A stretch of DNA of 64,000 bases from an uncultured bacterium (lineage in GTDB: Bacteria; Patescibacteriota; Minisyncoccia; Phycocordibacterales; PALSA-1337), in NCBI GenBank assembly GCA_963701025.1, contig OY969557.1, forward strand, positions 368,622-432,621, in the 5' to 3' direction. The stretch's first letter is position 1, and the number at the start of each line of letters is the position of its first letter. Below the pieces are notes generated by a model. That model was given only the letters and a program-made list of their open reading frames with translations. It did no database searches and had not been told where the DNA came from. This document shows, piece after piece, positions 1 to 10,312 of this stretch. A program made the position numbers and the translations under genes.

Positions 1-20
1 CGGCGGCGGCGTGTCTCATC

Positions 21-893
21 TTGAAGGCGTACGCTCGAGCGCGATACATGCCTGGACTATATTTCCTGGTTTTCGCCGTCGTCATCTCATTACCGACTGT
101 CGTCATCAACAGCTCCTTGTGGGGACAGAGCGATTCACTATATGCTTCTTTCGCGCTCCTAAGCCTCTACTTCGCCATGAGCGACCAGCCACTGCTCTCC
201 GCTCTGTCGTTAGGAGCGGCCTTCAGTCTCAAGCTCCAATGCCTCTTCATCGCGCCAGTCATCGTCGGATACTTCTTCTCCACGAGAAAAGGCCGGTGGT
301 GGTACCTTATCATCGTACCGGCCTTCTATGTCGCCACGCTCATACCAGCCGTCGTCGCGAGCGGATCATTCCCCGACCTGCTACTAACCTATGCCGGACA
401 AGCCGGCGAGTTCCAGCAACTGACTTTGTCGGCTCCGTCTATATTCTCGTTCGTAGACGCAAACAGTCTTTCCGCCTCCGCTTCCAGCGCTCTTGCATTT
501 GTAGGCTACATACTCGCCACCGCCGCGGCTATCTTCGTCTTTATTCAGACAATGAAGAATTACCAAAGCGATCATCAAAAGCTCCTGCTCTTGGCCCTGT
601 TCTCCGTCCTGGCCATTCCTTTTTTTCTGCCGCATATGCATGAGAGATACTTCTATATGGCCGATATCCTGTCGGTGATATTCGCTTTCTCGGAGCCCCG
701 CTACTGGTTCATACCTGTACTCACTGTCACGGCCTCTTTCCTCTCATACATGCCTTTCCTATCGGGACAAGTGCCCCTCTTCGCCCGGATGGTCGTGCCG
801 GAGGCATATCCGGGGGCGCTTATCCTCGCGGCGACCGCCGTCGTCGCAACCGTCATATGGAGAACGACGCGAATAAAAACGGAAAGAGCCTGA
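21..893 (+). CDS. Multi-pass membrane glycosyltransferase (GT-C, GT87/mannosyltransferase-like); may begin upstream of the window
   Basis: Hydrophobic ORF with NSSLWGQSDS, LKLQ and PHMHERY motifs typical of GT-C enzymes. Confidence 0.7.
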   Translation: MKAYARARYMPGLYFLVFAVVISLPTVVINSSLWGQSDSLYASFALLSLYFAMSDQPLLSALSLGAAFSLKLQCLFIAPVIVGYFFSTRKGRWWYLIIVPAFYVATLIPAVVASGSFPDLLLTYAGQAGEFQQLTLSAPSIFSFVDANSLSASASSALAFVGYILATAAAIFVFIQTMKNYQSDHQKLLLLALFSVLAIPFFLPHMHERYFYMADILSVIFAFSEPRYWFIPVLTVTASFLSYMPFLSGQVPLFARMVVPEAYPGALILAATAVVATVIWRTTRIKTERA

Positions 894-1084
894 ACCCGCT
901 CACGGTTCAGGCATACTTGAAGGGGGCAACGTACCCTTCCTCCTTGACGAGGCTGATCGGCATCGCCGTGTCCAATCGCGCGACGCGCGCCATCATCGGC
1001 GCCCTCGCGAGCGCGCGCGATAGGATATACCGCACACCCGCCGATCTCACCAAGGAGATCAGTAGGCGTATGCATCCCGGGTAG
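857..1084 (+). CDS. Small DUF2795-like protein
   Basis: VQAYLKGATYPSS...Y.TPADL pattern; overlaps the 3' end of the upstream gene. Confidence 0.5.
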   Translation: MENDANKNGKSLNPLTVQAYLKGATYPSSLTRLIGIAVSNRATRAIIGALASARDRIYRTPADLTKEISRRMHPG

Positions 1085-1378
1085 CCGTTGCACTTCAGGG
1101 TGGGATTCAAGATATTCTGTTGACAGAATAGGATAATCTTGTCTAACGATATTTCGGGCGGATGCGTTCCGTCTATGCGCGCGGGAGAATTGAGCCGTGT
1201 TTTTGTCATGGCATTTTTTGACCACAAATGATCTGAAAAAACCCTTGCCATGAAGGCGGCGTTTGATACAATTTTCGCCGATGCCGGTCAGTCTTATCCG
1301 TGCACTGTGTACGGATAACTGGTCGGTTTTATATTATCAGCCAAACATGCGAAAAATAATCTTGCATAAAAAATAATA

Positions 1379-3223
1379 ATGAATCCTCATAGGTTAGCTC
1401 TAGTATCAACGCTCTACGCAATACCGATTATCATCACCGCGCTATGGATCGCCACCCCTGGACGGGCATACGCATCGTCCGACATCTCGATCTGGTGGCC
1501 GACCGACGGCGCTCACATTTCATCCGTCCAGCCTTTCAAGGCGCTCGTCGACGGCATGGCACTCTCTGACTATTCCATGTACTGGCAGGTGGACAACGGC
1601 CAGCTCAATCAGATGAGCGACAACGCGACCGACGCTCCGCACAAAGAAGCGTCCGTCGACGTCTCCGGATGGCACTGGAGCGGTAGCGGTGCATATCAGG
1701 TGAGCTTCGTCGCCAAGGACTCCGGCGGCAATACCATAGCCCAAAAACAGGAGACTATATATGTAGATCAGCCTGCGGCGAATATTCCGACCCCCTCAAG
1801 TGCACCTGCTCCGGTTGCCCCAGCACCGACGAGCATACCCGCACCGACAAACGTGCCCATCAATGCATCCGCGTCGATCTGGTGGCCGACCGACGGCGCT
1901 CACATTTCATCCGTCCAGCCTTTCAAGGCGCTCGTCGACGGCATGGCACTCTCTGACTATTCCATGTACTGGCAGGTGGACAACGGCCAGCTCAATCAGA
2001 TGAGCGACAACGCGACCGACGCTCCGCACAAAGAAGCGTCCGTCGACGTCTCCGGATGGTCATGGCATGGCGCCGGTCCGTACGCCGTCAACTTCGTGGC
2101 GAAGGACAAGAACAGCTCCGTCATCGCCTCTAAAGGCGTGAACATATACGTCGACCAGCCAGCGGCGAGCGCTCCGGTGACGGCGCCACCTGCTCAAATT
2201 TCCGCCGATCCTATTCAAGTCCAGGCCGCAACCGCACCGATCGCGCCCGTACCGACAAGCGCGCCTGTACCGACAAGCGTCCCTATCACGATCGCGACTC
2301 CCCCATCGACGGTTCCTTCCCAACCCGCAACGGCCATTTCCGGCGAGGGCGACTCGCTCTCCGGCCTCTCTTTCTACGTCGATCCGACAAGTGAAGCGGC
2401 AATCCAGGCGACAGCTTGGAGCGTCTCCGATCCGGCGGGCGCGAGCGAGATGGAAAAGATCGCCATTGAGCCAGTGGCGAAATGGTTCGGCGACTGGAAC
2501 ATCGACGTGCGCTCTGACGCGGAGAATTATGTAGACGCGGCCGTGTCGGCCGGCGAGACGCCTATTCTCATCGCCTATGACATACCCGAACGTGATTGCA
2601 ACGGATACTCCGGCGGAGGCGCTTCGAGTCCGTCCGCGTATACAGCCTGGATACAAGGCCTAGCTTCTGGTATCGGTAGCCGACGTGCGGTCGTCATTCT
2701 GGAGCCAGACGCTTTGGCTATGATGGATTGTCTGTCGCCGATCGATCAAAGCACGAGACTCGGCCTTCTTAGCTCCGCGGTCGCCACGCTCAAAGCCAAC
2801 GGCAAAAATACCGTCTATATAGACGCCGGCCACTCGGACTGGATAGGAGCTTCGGATATGGCCGCGCGCCTCTCCGCCGCCGGCGTCGCTGGAGCGGATG
2901 GATTCTCCTTGAACGTCTCCAATTTCTACACGACGGCGGACCAGATCGCCTACGGGACAGCGTTGTCGTCTCTCATCGGAGATAAGCACTTCGTCGTGGA
3001 CACTGGCAGGAACGGTCTCGGGCCGGACGGCGATCTCTGGTGTAACCCTCCAGGACGCGCCCTCGGGACCAGGCCGACGACGAATACCGGCAATCCGCTT
3101 GCTGACGCCTTTCTCTGGCTGAAGACGCCGGGCGAGTCCGACGGAGCCTGCAACGGCGGCCCGAACGCGGGCGTCTGGTGGCCGGATTACGCGCTCGGTC
3201 TCGCGGAACGGGCAGCTTACTAG
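1379..3223 (+). CDS. Secreted glycoside hydrolase family 6 (endoglucanase) with two N-terminal repeated modules and Pro/Thr/Ala linkers
   Basis: Signal peptide; GH6 motifs YDIPERDC, ILEPDAL, YIDAGH, NVSN, DTGRNG, WCNPPG, WLKTPGESDG. Confidence 0.9.
   Translation: MNPHRLALVSTLYAIPIIITALWIATPGRAYASSDISIWWPTDGAHISSVQPFKALVDGMALSDYSMYWQVDNGQLNQMSDNATDAPHKEASVDVSGWHWSGSGAYQVSFVAKDSGGNTIAQKQETIYVDQPAANIPTPSSAPAPVAPAPTSIPAPTNVPINASASIWWPTDGAHISSVQPFKALVDGMALSDYSMYWQVDNGQLNQMSDNATDAPHKEASVDVSGWSWHGAGPYAVNFVAKDKNSSVIASKGVNIYVDQPAASAPVTAPPAQISADPIQVQAATAPIAPVPTSAPVPTSVPITIATPPSTVPSQPATAISGEGDSLSGLSFYVDPTSEAAIQATAWSVSDPAGASEMEKIAIEPVAKWFGDWNIDVRSDAENYVDAAVSAGETPILIAYDIPERDCNGYSGGGASSPSAYTAWIQGLASGIGSRRAVVILEPDALAMMDCLSPIDQSTRLGLLSSAVATLKANGKNTVYIDAGHSDWIGASDMAARLSAAGVAGADGFSLNVSNFYTTADQIAYGTALSSLIGDKHFVVDTGRNGLGPDGDLWCNPPGRALGTRPTTNTGNPLADAFLWLKTPGESDGACNGGPNAGVWWPDYALGLAERAAY
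1487..1672 (+). repeat. 186-bp direct repeat, copy 1 (inside GH6 gene)
   Basis: Identical to 1874-2059 by manual comparison. Confidence 0.95.
1874..2059 (+). repeat. 186-bp direct repeat, copy 2 (inside GH6 gene)
   Basis: Identical to 1487-1672. Confidence 0.95.
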
Positions 3224-4812
3224 GTCCCGATATGCTGTAGCGCTTCGGACAAAGACATCGAATCATACCGGAGCTTGTACCCATATAGGTCCAGGCCAGG
3301 AGAGAAATGTTCCTCGTCGATCCGCTCGAAATGCGTGTCGAAATAGAGGCGCACGCTCTCTTCATATCCCTGATCGTATGACAGGAGCAACCATAGGGTC
3401 TGATGCGCGTCCTCGATAGTCGCCGCATCTTGGGCTAGTTCCGTCGGAGAATATTGCGGTATCGGTCCGACGGCATACCGGTCCCAGATCGGCAGAGTCT
3501 CCACCCGGACCGGCCCATTATAATAATACTCGAACGGATATATGGTGAATGGCGCCGAGAGGGCGATCACGTCCTCGGGCGTGGCATGCGCGGAAAGATA
3601 GAGCGCGGCGGCGCGATAGTCCTCCTTGACCGGCGTATCCGCGCTCACCGCTTCGAAGGAAAGAGTCGAGATCATGGCGATCGTCAGGAAGACCTTCAGG
3701 TACCGCTCAAGCCGCGGCGGATAGGTCGACAGCACCCAGCCGATGAGGAGATAGAGAGGTGGCAGTGAGAGCACCAGATAGCGCGTCAGATAGACGGGTT
3801 TCCAGGCGTAGCTCACCGCGAATGCCAGGATGACCGGCACGGCCACGCTCAAGAACAGATATATCGTCTGGGGCGGCACGCTTCTGCCCCTCCGGAGCGA
3901 CAGGAAGATGAGGAGGACGGCGAGTGGCCATGCCGACAGGATGATGGCGTTCGCGCGGTCGCCCTGGAAGCCGAAGATGAATTGCGAGAATGTGTTGAAC
4001 ACGTCTATGGTCGAAGGGCGCGTCAACGCCGGCTGGGTGTTCGCGGCCGACCCGAGGTGCACCACCAGGTACAGCCAGGGCGCGAAGGCCGCGGCGACCA
4101 CGAGGGCGGCGAGCGCGAGATTCCTGAAGGCACGCGGCGGGAAGCTCTTCCGATAGGCTAAGAAGAATCCGACCTGGGCCGCCAGATTGAAGGCGAAGAA
4201 ATAATGAGTGAACATGCCCGCGACCGCCGTGACGGCATAGCCGATCCAGACGGAGCGCGGGACGGCGCCTTTTTCGTTCCGGCTGTCGGTGAACATCCGC
4301 ACGAAGAAATATTGGTTCAGCACGGTGAATAGGGCAAAGAGGGTATACATGCGCACCTCATTGCCGTACCAGTTCAAGAAAGGAGATACGGCCACCATGA
4401 GCGCCCCGAACAGGCCGATTGTCCGGGAAAAAGCCTGCTTGCCGAGCGCGTACGTAGCCGGGATGAGAAGAGCGAGGAAGATGAGCGACGGAATCCTCTC
4501 GGTCGGCACGGCGTTGCCGAAGAGGACCTGCCAATAATGGAGCATGAGATGGTAGAGCGGGACATGGACATCCTCCGCGACGACGTTGAACATCGCCGGG
4601 ACGCTCCGGCTGGTCTGCCAGATGCTTTGGGCTTCGTCGAGACGCAGGCTCTGATTCATGAAGAAGAGGGCGGAGAAGAGCAGAGTGAGGGCGGCGAACA
4701 GCACCAATAGCCATCGGGTCCCCGCAGGCGAATAGCCGCGGCCGCCGTCGGGGCCGCTCGATCCCCCATCATCATTCTCCATCTCATTCGTTGTATATAT
4801 GTCAGTGCTCAT
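3220..4812 (-). CDS. GT39/ArnT-like (PMT_2) membrane glycosyltransferase
   Basis: SLRLDEAQS, DVHVPLY and EVRMY motifs; many TM helices. Confidence 0.8.
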   Translation of the reverse strand: MSTDIYTTNEMENDDGGSSGPDGGRGYSPAGTRWLLVLFAALTLLFSALFFMNQSLRLDEAQSIWQTSRSVPAMFNVVAEDVHVPLYHLMLHYWQVLFGNAVPTERIPSLIFLALLIPATYALGKQAFSRTIGLFGALMVAVSPFLNWYGNEVRMYTLFALFTVLNQYFFVRMFTDSRNEKGAVPRSVWIGYAVTAVAGMFTHYFFAFNLAAQVGFFLAYRKSFPPRAFRNLALAALVVAAAFAPWLYLVVHLGSAANTQPALTRPSTIDVFNTFSQFIFGFQGDRANAIILSAWPLAVLLIFLSLRRGRSVPPQTIYLFLSVAVPVILAFAVSYAWKPVYLTRYLVLSLPPLYLLIGWVLSTYPPRLERYLKVFLTIAMISTLSFEAVSADTPVKEDYRAAALYLSAHATPEDVIALSAPFTIYPFEYYYNGPVRVETLPIWDRYAVGPIPQYSPTELAQDAATIEDAHQTLWLLLSYDQGYEESVRLYFDTHFERIDEEHFSPGLDLYGYKLRYDSMSLSEALQHIGT

Positions 4813-4820
4813 ATCTCATA

Positions 4821-6398
4821 TCATTCGATGGAGGCTTCGCTCCAGGTATCGGGCACCGTCATGACCTTGAGCTTGACTTCCCTCTTTGCCGGCAAGCCGC
4901 TCGGCAGGGCCGCGCCGACGTATTCGCTGAAGACAGTGGTGTTCAGGATGACCCAGGCGAAATTGGAGACGAGCGAAGCGGTCGCACCCGTATGGCTGAT
5001 CATGAAGAACGCGCCGGTATACGCCAGAAAGAGGTACGCGATCTGCGGCACGACCAAGCTGACGAAACTGCCGGCGACCCGCCGTTTGGACGTCACCGAG
5101 AAGCCGTTCTTCCTGCGGAAGATCGCCGCTATGATGGCCGATATATGTATATTGAATCCGGCCATGGAGAATGCCAGCGACCTGAACGAGTATGAGAAGT
5201 TCGTCGATGCCTGAAGGACGTATATGGTCGTCAGGATATACGGCAGGAAGATGGCGGCCAAGAGCATCGTCGAAATGTTGAGCGGCACCAGGCCCGTGTA
5301 GAAGAACACGACGGGTATCATGGCGTCTATGAGGACCACCACGCCGGAAAAGAAATACCCGATCGCGGAGAGATATTGCACGCGCTGGCCCAAAGAGAGG
5401 CCGCGCTTGAACAAGAAGTTATATTGGAACAGCACGTCCAACGACCCGCGCGCCCACCTGAACTGTTGCTTGTAGTAGGACAGAAAATCCTCCGGCGCCA
5501 GCCCTTCCGCCAGCACTTCCGGGACATAGCACGACTTCCAGCCGCGCTGGTGCAGGAACATGCCGGTGACGAAATCCTCGGCGATGCTCTCCGTGCAGAT
5601 GTTGCCGACTTCGCGAAGAGCCTCCCTGCGGATGACCATGTTCGTGCCGCACATCGTCGTGGCGTTCAGCCTGTTCCTGCCTTTGCATATGGCGCCGAAG
5701 AAGAGCGCCTGCTGCTCCCACGATCCCGCGGCGACGCCGTTCACCGCATGGTTCCGGTAGTATTGCGGCGACTGCACGAATCCCATCCGCGGATCGGCGA
5801 AATAGCCCGCGGTCTTCTTCAGGAAATCCCGGTGCGGCACATGGTCGGCGTCGAAGACCGCCACGAGCGGGCTCGCCGTCTCGGCGAGAGCGTTATTGAT
5901 GTTACCGGCTTTGGCGCCGCCGCCGGACTGCCTCGTGATGCAGCCGATATGGAGCTTCGCGGCGACCATCTCGATGTCCATCCAGTTGCCCTTATTCGCC
6001 ACATACCCGTCATTCAGAAGGTAGACCTTGAAATCAGGATATTCCATGGCGATGGCCGCTCGGGCTGTCTCCTCGACGATATCGGCCGGCTCGCCGCAGA
6101 CCGTGATGAAGACGTCGACACTCGGAGTGCAAGCGGCGTCGAACGGAGGCATATAGTCCATGTCCCAGACGGTGTACAAAAACGTGAACAACTGCCAGAC
6201 ATGGAAGACTTCCCCCGCGATCAGTATCCAAAAGAGCGCCACATCGCCACGCGGGAAGAGGAAGAGAATGCCCACGAAATAGACCGCAGCGAGGACCGCG
6301 TTGAAGCAGACGAGCGGTTTGGAGACTCTGCCTTGCAGGAAGTCCTCGCGCGCGTCAGGCATCTTCTCTATTTCGATTTTTTCCGTGTCGAACGTCAT
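4821..6398 (-). CDS. Processive GT2 cellulose-synthase-like catalytic subunit (BcsA/CslA-like, no PilZ domain)
   Basis: DVFITVCGEP, KAGNIN, FDADH, QSPQ, AEDF, QQFRW motifs; start placed at MTFDTEK (6398) to avoid overlap with GH8. Confidence 0.88.
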   Translation of the reverse strand: MTFDTEKIEIEKMPDAREDFLQGRVSKPLVCFNAVLAAVYFVGILFLFPRGDVALFWILIAGEVFHVWQLFTFLYTVWDMDYMPPFDAACTPSVDVFITVCGEPADIVEETARAAIAMEYPDFKVYLLNDGYVANKGNWMDIEMVAAKLHIGCITRQSGGGAKAGNINNALAETASPLVAVFDADHVPHRDFLKKTAGYFADPRMGFVQSPQYYRNHAVNGVAAGSWEQQALFFGAICKGRNRLNATTMCGTNMVIRREALREVGNICTESIAEDFVTGMFLHQRGWKSCYVPEVLAEGLAPEDFLSYYKQQFRWARGSLDVLFQYNFLFKRGLSLGQRVQYLSAIGYFFSGVVVLIDAMIPVVFFYTGLVPLNISTMLLAAIFLPYILTTIYVLQASTNFSYSFRSLAFSMAGFNIHISAIIAAIFRRKNGFSVTSKRRVAGSFVSLVVPQIAYLFLAYTGAFFMISHTGATASLVSNFAWVILNTTVFSEYVGAALPSGLPAKREVKLKVMTVPDTWSEASIE

Positions 6399-6456
6399 AG
6401 ATAATATAAGATGATTCCAAATCCATCCTTTATTTTTAATCGAGGATCCAAAACTT

Positions 6457-7686
6457 TCAGGAATTTTCTTCGACGACTGGGTCCCAAAGGTCTGGTAGCT
6501 CGCCGTCATAAAGCGCCATGCCGAACCATACCCAATTGTCGTCGTAATAGCCGAGCGGGTTTTTCCATGAATACGAGTCCGGGTCATACAGCGCGACGAG
6601 CTTGGTGTCGTATATCTCTTTTGCCGCGGCCGGATCCATGGCCATGAACGCGCCGATCGTCCCGCCGTACATGGCTGATGACTCGACAAGAGGGGCCTGT
6701 GGCACGCCGTCATGCTGATAATCGGCGTAGAGGACCCTCCGCGTCTGCCACTGCGTCTCGAGGAATGACATCGAGCTCAAGATGTCAAGCGCCCGCGGGT
6801 CCTTGTTCCATTGCCAATCCAAGGCGATCCTCCATGGCACGCGCAAGGCATCATAACCAAAATCTGTCTTCAACCCCCCGGCATCGGCTCTCGTCCGCGA
6901 CGGGGGCATGAGCGACGTACCCGTCCGGCTTTCCGACAGCCAGTCGGGCGGTAGGCCATCGCTCTTCGGCTGGTCGAGTTCCGCCTGCATGCTCCGTTTC
7001 AACACCGCGTAGCTGTCGTCGACTAGCCCATTCCAATCATGCTTGGGGTCGATCGTAGCGAACATGCGGTATGCATACGGGGCGAAGTAGGATGGGTCGA
7101 CGGTAACGAACTGGGGTGAATCCTTCTCGATGTCGTCCGAGGTAATATACGGCTTGCCGCCGACCATGACGACTTCGCTGTCCCAAATCGCTATGGCGAC
7201 GTTCTGCGCCGCCTGAAGATATGAGACGTCCCTCCATCTTGCGTAGGCGAACATGAGCGCCGTCGCTATATCAGTGTCGGCGTCGCTCGCCGAGTTCTGT
7301 CCGTTCACTGCGGTGAGGATGCCGTACGTCCCGTCCGCTCGCTTTCCGAATAGCCATGAGAACAAATAACCGTTCTTAAACTTTAGGTTGTCCTCCGTCC
7401 ATTTCCAGCTGGCATCGAAGGTCGTATGGTCGTCGAGCCACACCGCCCGTAACATGGTATAGCCTTCACCTTCCGACGTCGTCACGCCGCCGCGCTGGAC
7501 GTCCATGGTGCGGCTCGTCCCCTGCTCGAGATACGCCGCCTTGTACCTCTGCCAGAGCGCGTCTAGCATCTCTTTGTTTGAAAAGACGAGCGGAGTCTTG
7601 GTGCTTTCAATGTCCCGATATGCGGCGACTGCCGCTATCAATACGACGACGGCACAGATCACATACCCTATTATCTTGATATTCAT
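6457..7686 (-). CDS. Membrane-anchored glycoside hydrolase family 8 (BcsZ-like endoglucanase)
   Basis: TTSEGEGY, NSASDAD, DPSYFAP, YDALRVPWR motifs; N-terminal TM helix. Confidence 0.88.
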   Translation of the reverse strand: MNIKIIGYVICAVVVLIAAVAAYRDIESTKTPLVFSNKEMLDALWQRYKAAYLEQGTSRTMDVQRGGVTTSEGEGYTMLRAVWLDDHTTFDASWKWTEDNLKFKNGYLFSWLFGKRADGTYGILTAVNGQNSASDADTDIATALMFAYARWRDVSYLQAAQNVAIAIWDSEVVMVGGKPYITSDDIEKDSPQFVTVDPSYFAPYAYRMFATIDPKHDWNGLVDDSYAVLKRSMQAELDQPKSDGLPPDWLSESRTGTSLMPPSRTRADAGGLKTDFGYDALRVPWRIALDWQWNKDPRALDILSSMSFLETQWQTRRVLYADYQHDGVPQAPLVESSAMYGGTIGAFMAMDPAAAKEIYDTKLVALYDPDSYSWKNPLGYYDDNWVWFGMALYDGELPDLWDPVVEENS

Positions 7687-7816
7687 GGATGGATATTGAC
7701 ACGCGCGCACCATCGCCGACCTTGCTTTTGACGACGCGGCTTACTTTTTCTTACACAGATTTAACATGATTTTAATATATGTGTAAGAAATCCTGACGCA
7801 CGGCGTCACAAAGGCT

Positions 7817-8965
7817 ATGCGCATATCGCTTTTTTTTCCCGCATACAACGAAGAACGTAACATCGCACTGGCTATCGCGCAGGCGAAGGCCGTCTTGAAC
7901 GCTATCGCCGAAGAATATGAGATCATAGTCGTCGATGACGGTAGCACCGACAGGACAGGCGACATCGTCGACCGTCTTTCCGTCTTCGACGAGAAGGTGA
8001 GGGTCGTGCGTCACTGTCTGAACAGGGGCTATGGGGCAGCGGTGCTCTCCGGCATCAGGGCGGCGCGTTATGAATGGGTGTTCTTCACCGATGCCGATCT
8101 ACAATTCAGGCTCGAAGAGATTCCCCGCCTGATCGCCTATGCGCCAGAGTATCCTGTCGTCATCGGCTACCGGGCGCCTCGGCGCGATCCGCTGATGCGT
8201 CTCATCAACGCTAAGGGATGGAACATACTGAACCGGGTCATGTTCGGTCTCAAGGCGCGTGACATCGACTGCGCTTTCAAGCTTTTCCGGCGAAACTTGG
8301 TTTCCAACCTCCCCATGCGGTCAGGCGGAGCAACCGTCTCCGCCGAGATGCTGATCCGCCTACAGAGGAACAACGTCCCGATCAAAGAGGTTCCTGTGAC
8401 TCATCTGCCTCGTAAGAACGGTATCGCCACGGGAGCGAAATTACCCGTGATCGTCCGCGCTTTCAGAGAGCTCTTCGGGTTGTATATAAGCGGCCTCGGG
8501 GGTCGGGACACGGTCTATGTGCAAGCCGGCAAATACGCCGCCGTGGGGATTCTCAATACCTTCGTCGATATTGGATCATATATAGCCCTGACAAGGTCTA
8601 TGCCGTTCTTCGGTATGCACATCCTCGTCTCGAAATTCGCTACCTTCTTTGTAGGAGCTACGGCAAGCTTCGCCCTAAACCGGCGCTTCACCTTCTCCCT
8701 GCGATCGCGGCCGACCGTATCTGAAACCGTAAGATTCTATTCCAGCACGATTGTTCCTGTGACTATCAACGTGGCTTCGCTGTATGTGTTCAATATCCTT
8801 CTCGGCATATATGATCTTATAGCCGTCGGTATGTCGACTGTGATGACTTTTGCTGTAGGTTTCATCCTATCGAAATTCTGGATCTTCAAAGACAGCTTGG
8901 CCGAAGAAAGCGAGCGGCAACGGCTGTCAGCGCGTACCGCTGCTACCATATCAAATACGCCGTAA
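7817..8965 (+). CDS. GT2 (polyprenol-phosphate sugar transferase-like) fused to a GtrA flippase-like domain
   Basis: PAYNEE, VDDGSTD, NRGYG, FTDADLQF; C-terminal 4-TM GtrA-like region. Confidence 0.85.
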   Translation: MRISLFFPAYNEERNIALAIAQAKAVLNAIAEEYEIIVVDDGSTDRTGDIVDRLSVFDEKVRVVRHCLNRGYGAAVLSGIRAARYEWVFFTDADLQFRLEEIPRLIAYAPEYPVVIGYRAPRRDPLMRLINAKGWNILNRVMFGLKARDIDCAFKLFRRNLVSNLPMRSGGATVSAEMLIRLQRNNVPIKEVPVTHLPRKNGIATGAKLPVIVRAFRELFGLYISGLGGRDTVYVQAGKYAAVGILNTFVDIGSYIALTRSMPFFGMHILVSKFATFFVGATASFALNRRFTFSLRSRPTVSETVRFYSSTIVPVTINVASLYVFNILLGIYDLIAVGMSTVMTFAVGFILSKFWIFKDSLAEESERQRLSARTAATISNTP

Positions 8966-9012
8966 CCGTCGGCCTGACAAGACATCATAGACGCCTCATT
9001 CGTCGTGAAGCC

Positions 9013-10242
9013 TTAAGCGAGGATCGGCAAAGAGATCCTGAAAGTACTCCCTTCGCCCTCGGTACTCGTCACGGAGAGCTTGCCACCGTGGACTTCGGTG
9101 GACCACTTAGCTATGGCGAGTCCCAGGCCGGTGCCTTCGGGGTTCTTGTGCCGCGCCTCGGCGGACCGATAGAATCTCTCGAACACGTGCGAAAGGTCTT
9201 TTTCGGATATGCCGACACCGTCGTCGGCTATATCGATGTGCGCCCAGCGCCCTTTCTTCGATCCGCTGACGCGGACATGGCCGCCTTTCCGGCCGTACAA
9301 TATGGCGTTCTCGATGAGATTGACGAACAGCCGATCGAGGTATGTTCCATTGCCGGAAACGGAGACATCCGGAAGGCTTCCTATCTTCAGGGATATGCCT
9401 CTCTTCGCGGCGAAGCCCTCGCATCTTTTCGCCGCCTGCGCGACCGTCTGACGGAGGCCGGTCTCGATCATAGCCAGCTTTTCGCGCGATGAGTCCCATG
9501 ATGTGGTGAGCAGAGCCATGTCCGATATGAGTATGGTGAGATGCTTCACCTCGTGATCGATGGCGCGGAGCGCCCGCTTCGCCTCCGAGACGCTCGATGG
9601 ACCCGACTGCAGGACGAGGTCCACGTTGCCTTTTATGATGGCGAGCGGGGTCCGCAGCTCGTGCGTGGCATTGGACATGAACTCCGATCTCGTTTTTGAT
9701 TCTTTTATATTCGCCTCCTGTTCCGCCTCTTTCTGCATCGCTTCGTTCTCCTTCTTGATCAAGCTGTTGATCTTTATGGACCGCGCAGTAGAATGGCCGA
9801 GCGAGGCAGCGAGCGACCGATCAACATCGGAGAAGGCGCGCGGCCGCGTATAGCAGAGGACGATGCTACCGTAGAGGTCGGCCTTGTAGGCTATCGGCAC
9901 GATGACATAGCTCTTCATGTACGGGCTGACGTCGTACTTCTTCTCGTAGTTGCCGCTGACGACTTTCTCCATGAAAAAAGGAGACCGGCTCTTTGTGGCT
10001 TGAAAATTGCCTCCCCGTTCCCTCGGCAGATTGGGCTCATACGGCGTCTCCGGGCTCTTATATATGAGCCGATGCTTCGACTTCTCTCCCGTCTGCCACC
10101 AAGCGAATCCGTAATCGGCCTCCAATATCTCTATGCCGGCCCGGGTGAACAGCTCGACGATCTGCAACGTATCGTGAAAAGCCAGTCCATCCAAGATGGC
10201 CTGGTTCAATGAAGATATCTTTTTTGAGATGATATGTTCCAT
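9013..10242 (-). CDS. Cytoplasmic GAF-domain sensor histidine kinase
   Basis: HELRTPL H-box, NLIENA, DDGVGI, FERFYR, GTGLGL; N-terminal GAF-like region. Confidence 0.9.
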   Translation of the reverse strand: MEHIISKKISSLNQAILDGLAFHDTLQIVELFTRAGIEILEADYGFAWWQTGEKSKHRLIYKSPETPYEPNLPRERGGNFQATKSRSPFFMEKVVSGNYEKKYDVSPYMKSYVIVPIAYKADLYGSIVLCYTRPRAFSDVDRSLAASLGHSTARSIKINSLIKKENEAMQKEAEQEANIKESKTRSEFMSNATHELRTPLAIIKGNVDLVLQSGPSSVSEAKRALRAIDHEVKHLTILISDMALLTTSWDSSREKLAMIETGLRQTVAQAAKRCEGFAAKRGISLKIGSLPDVSVSGNGTYLDRLFVNLIENAILYGRKGGHVRVSGSKKGRWAHIDIADDGVGISEKDLSHVFERFYRSAEARHKNPEGTGLGLAIAKWSTEVHGGKLSVTSTEGEGSTFRISLPILA

Positions 10243-10312
10243 GTCTTTAAAAAATCCCGTCTTGGAGCATGTCCTGCGAGAGGGCACGGCGGCAAGACGG
10301 GATATCAGGCTC

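Noticed and set aside
5376-6404. Long antisense ORFs (also 51825-52997, 39111-39899, 59289-60161, 21262-22035)
   Set aside because: Shadows of well-supported genes on the opposite strand in GC-rich DNA, with no recognisable motifs.
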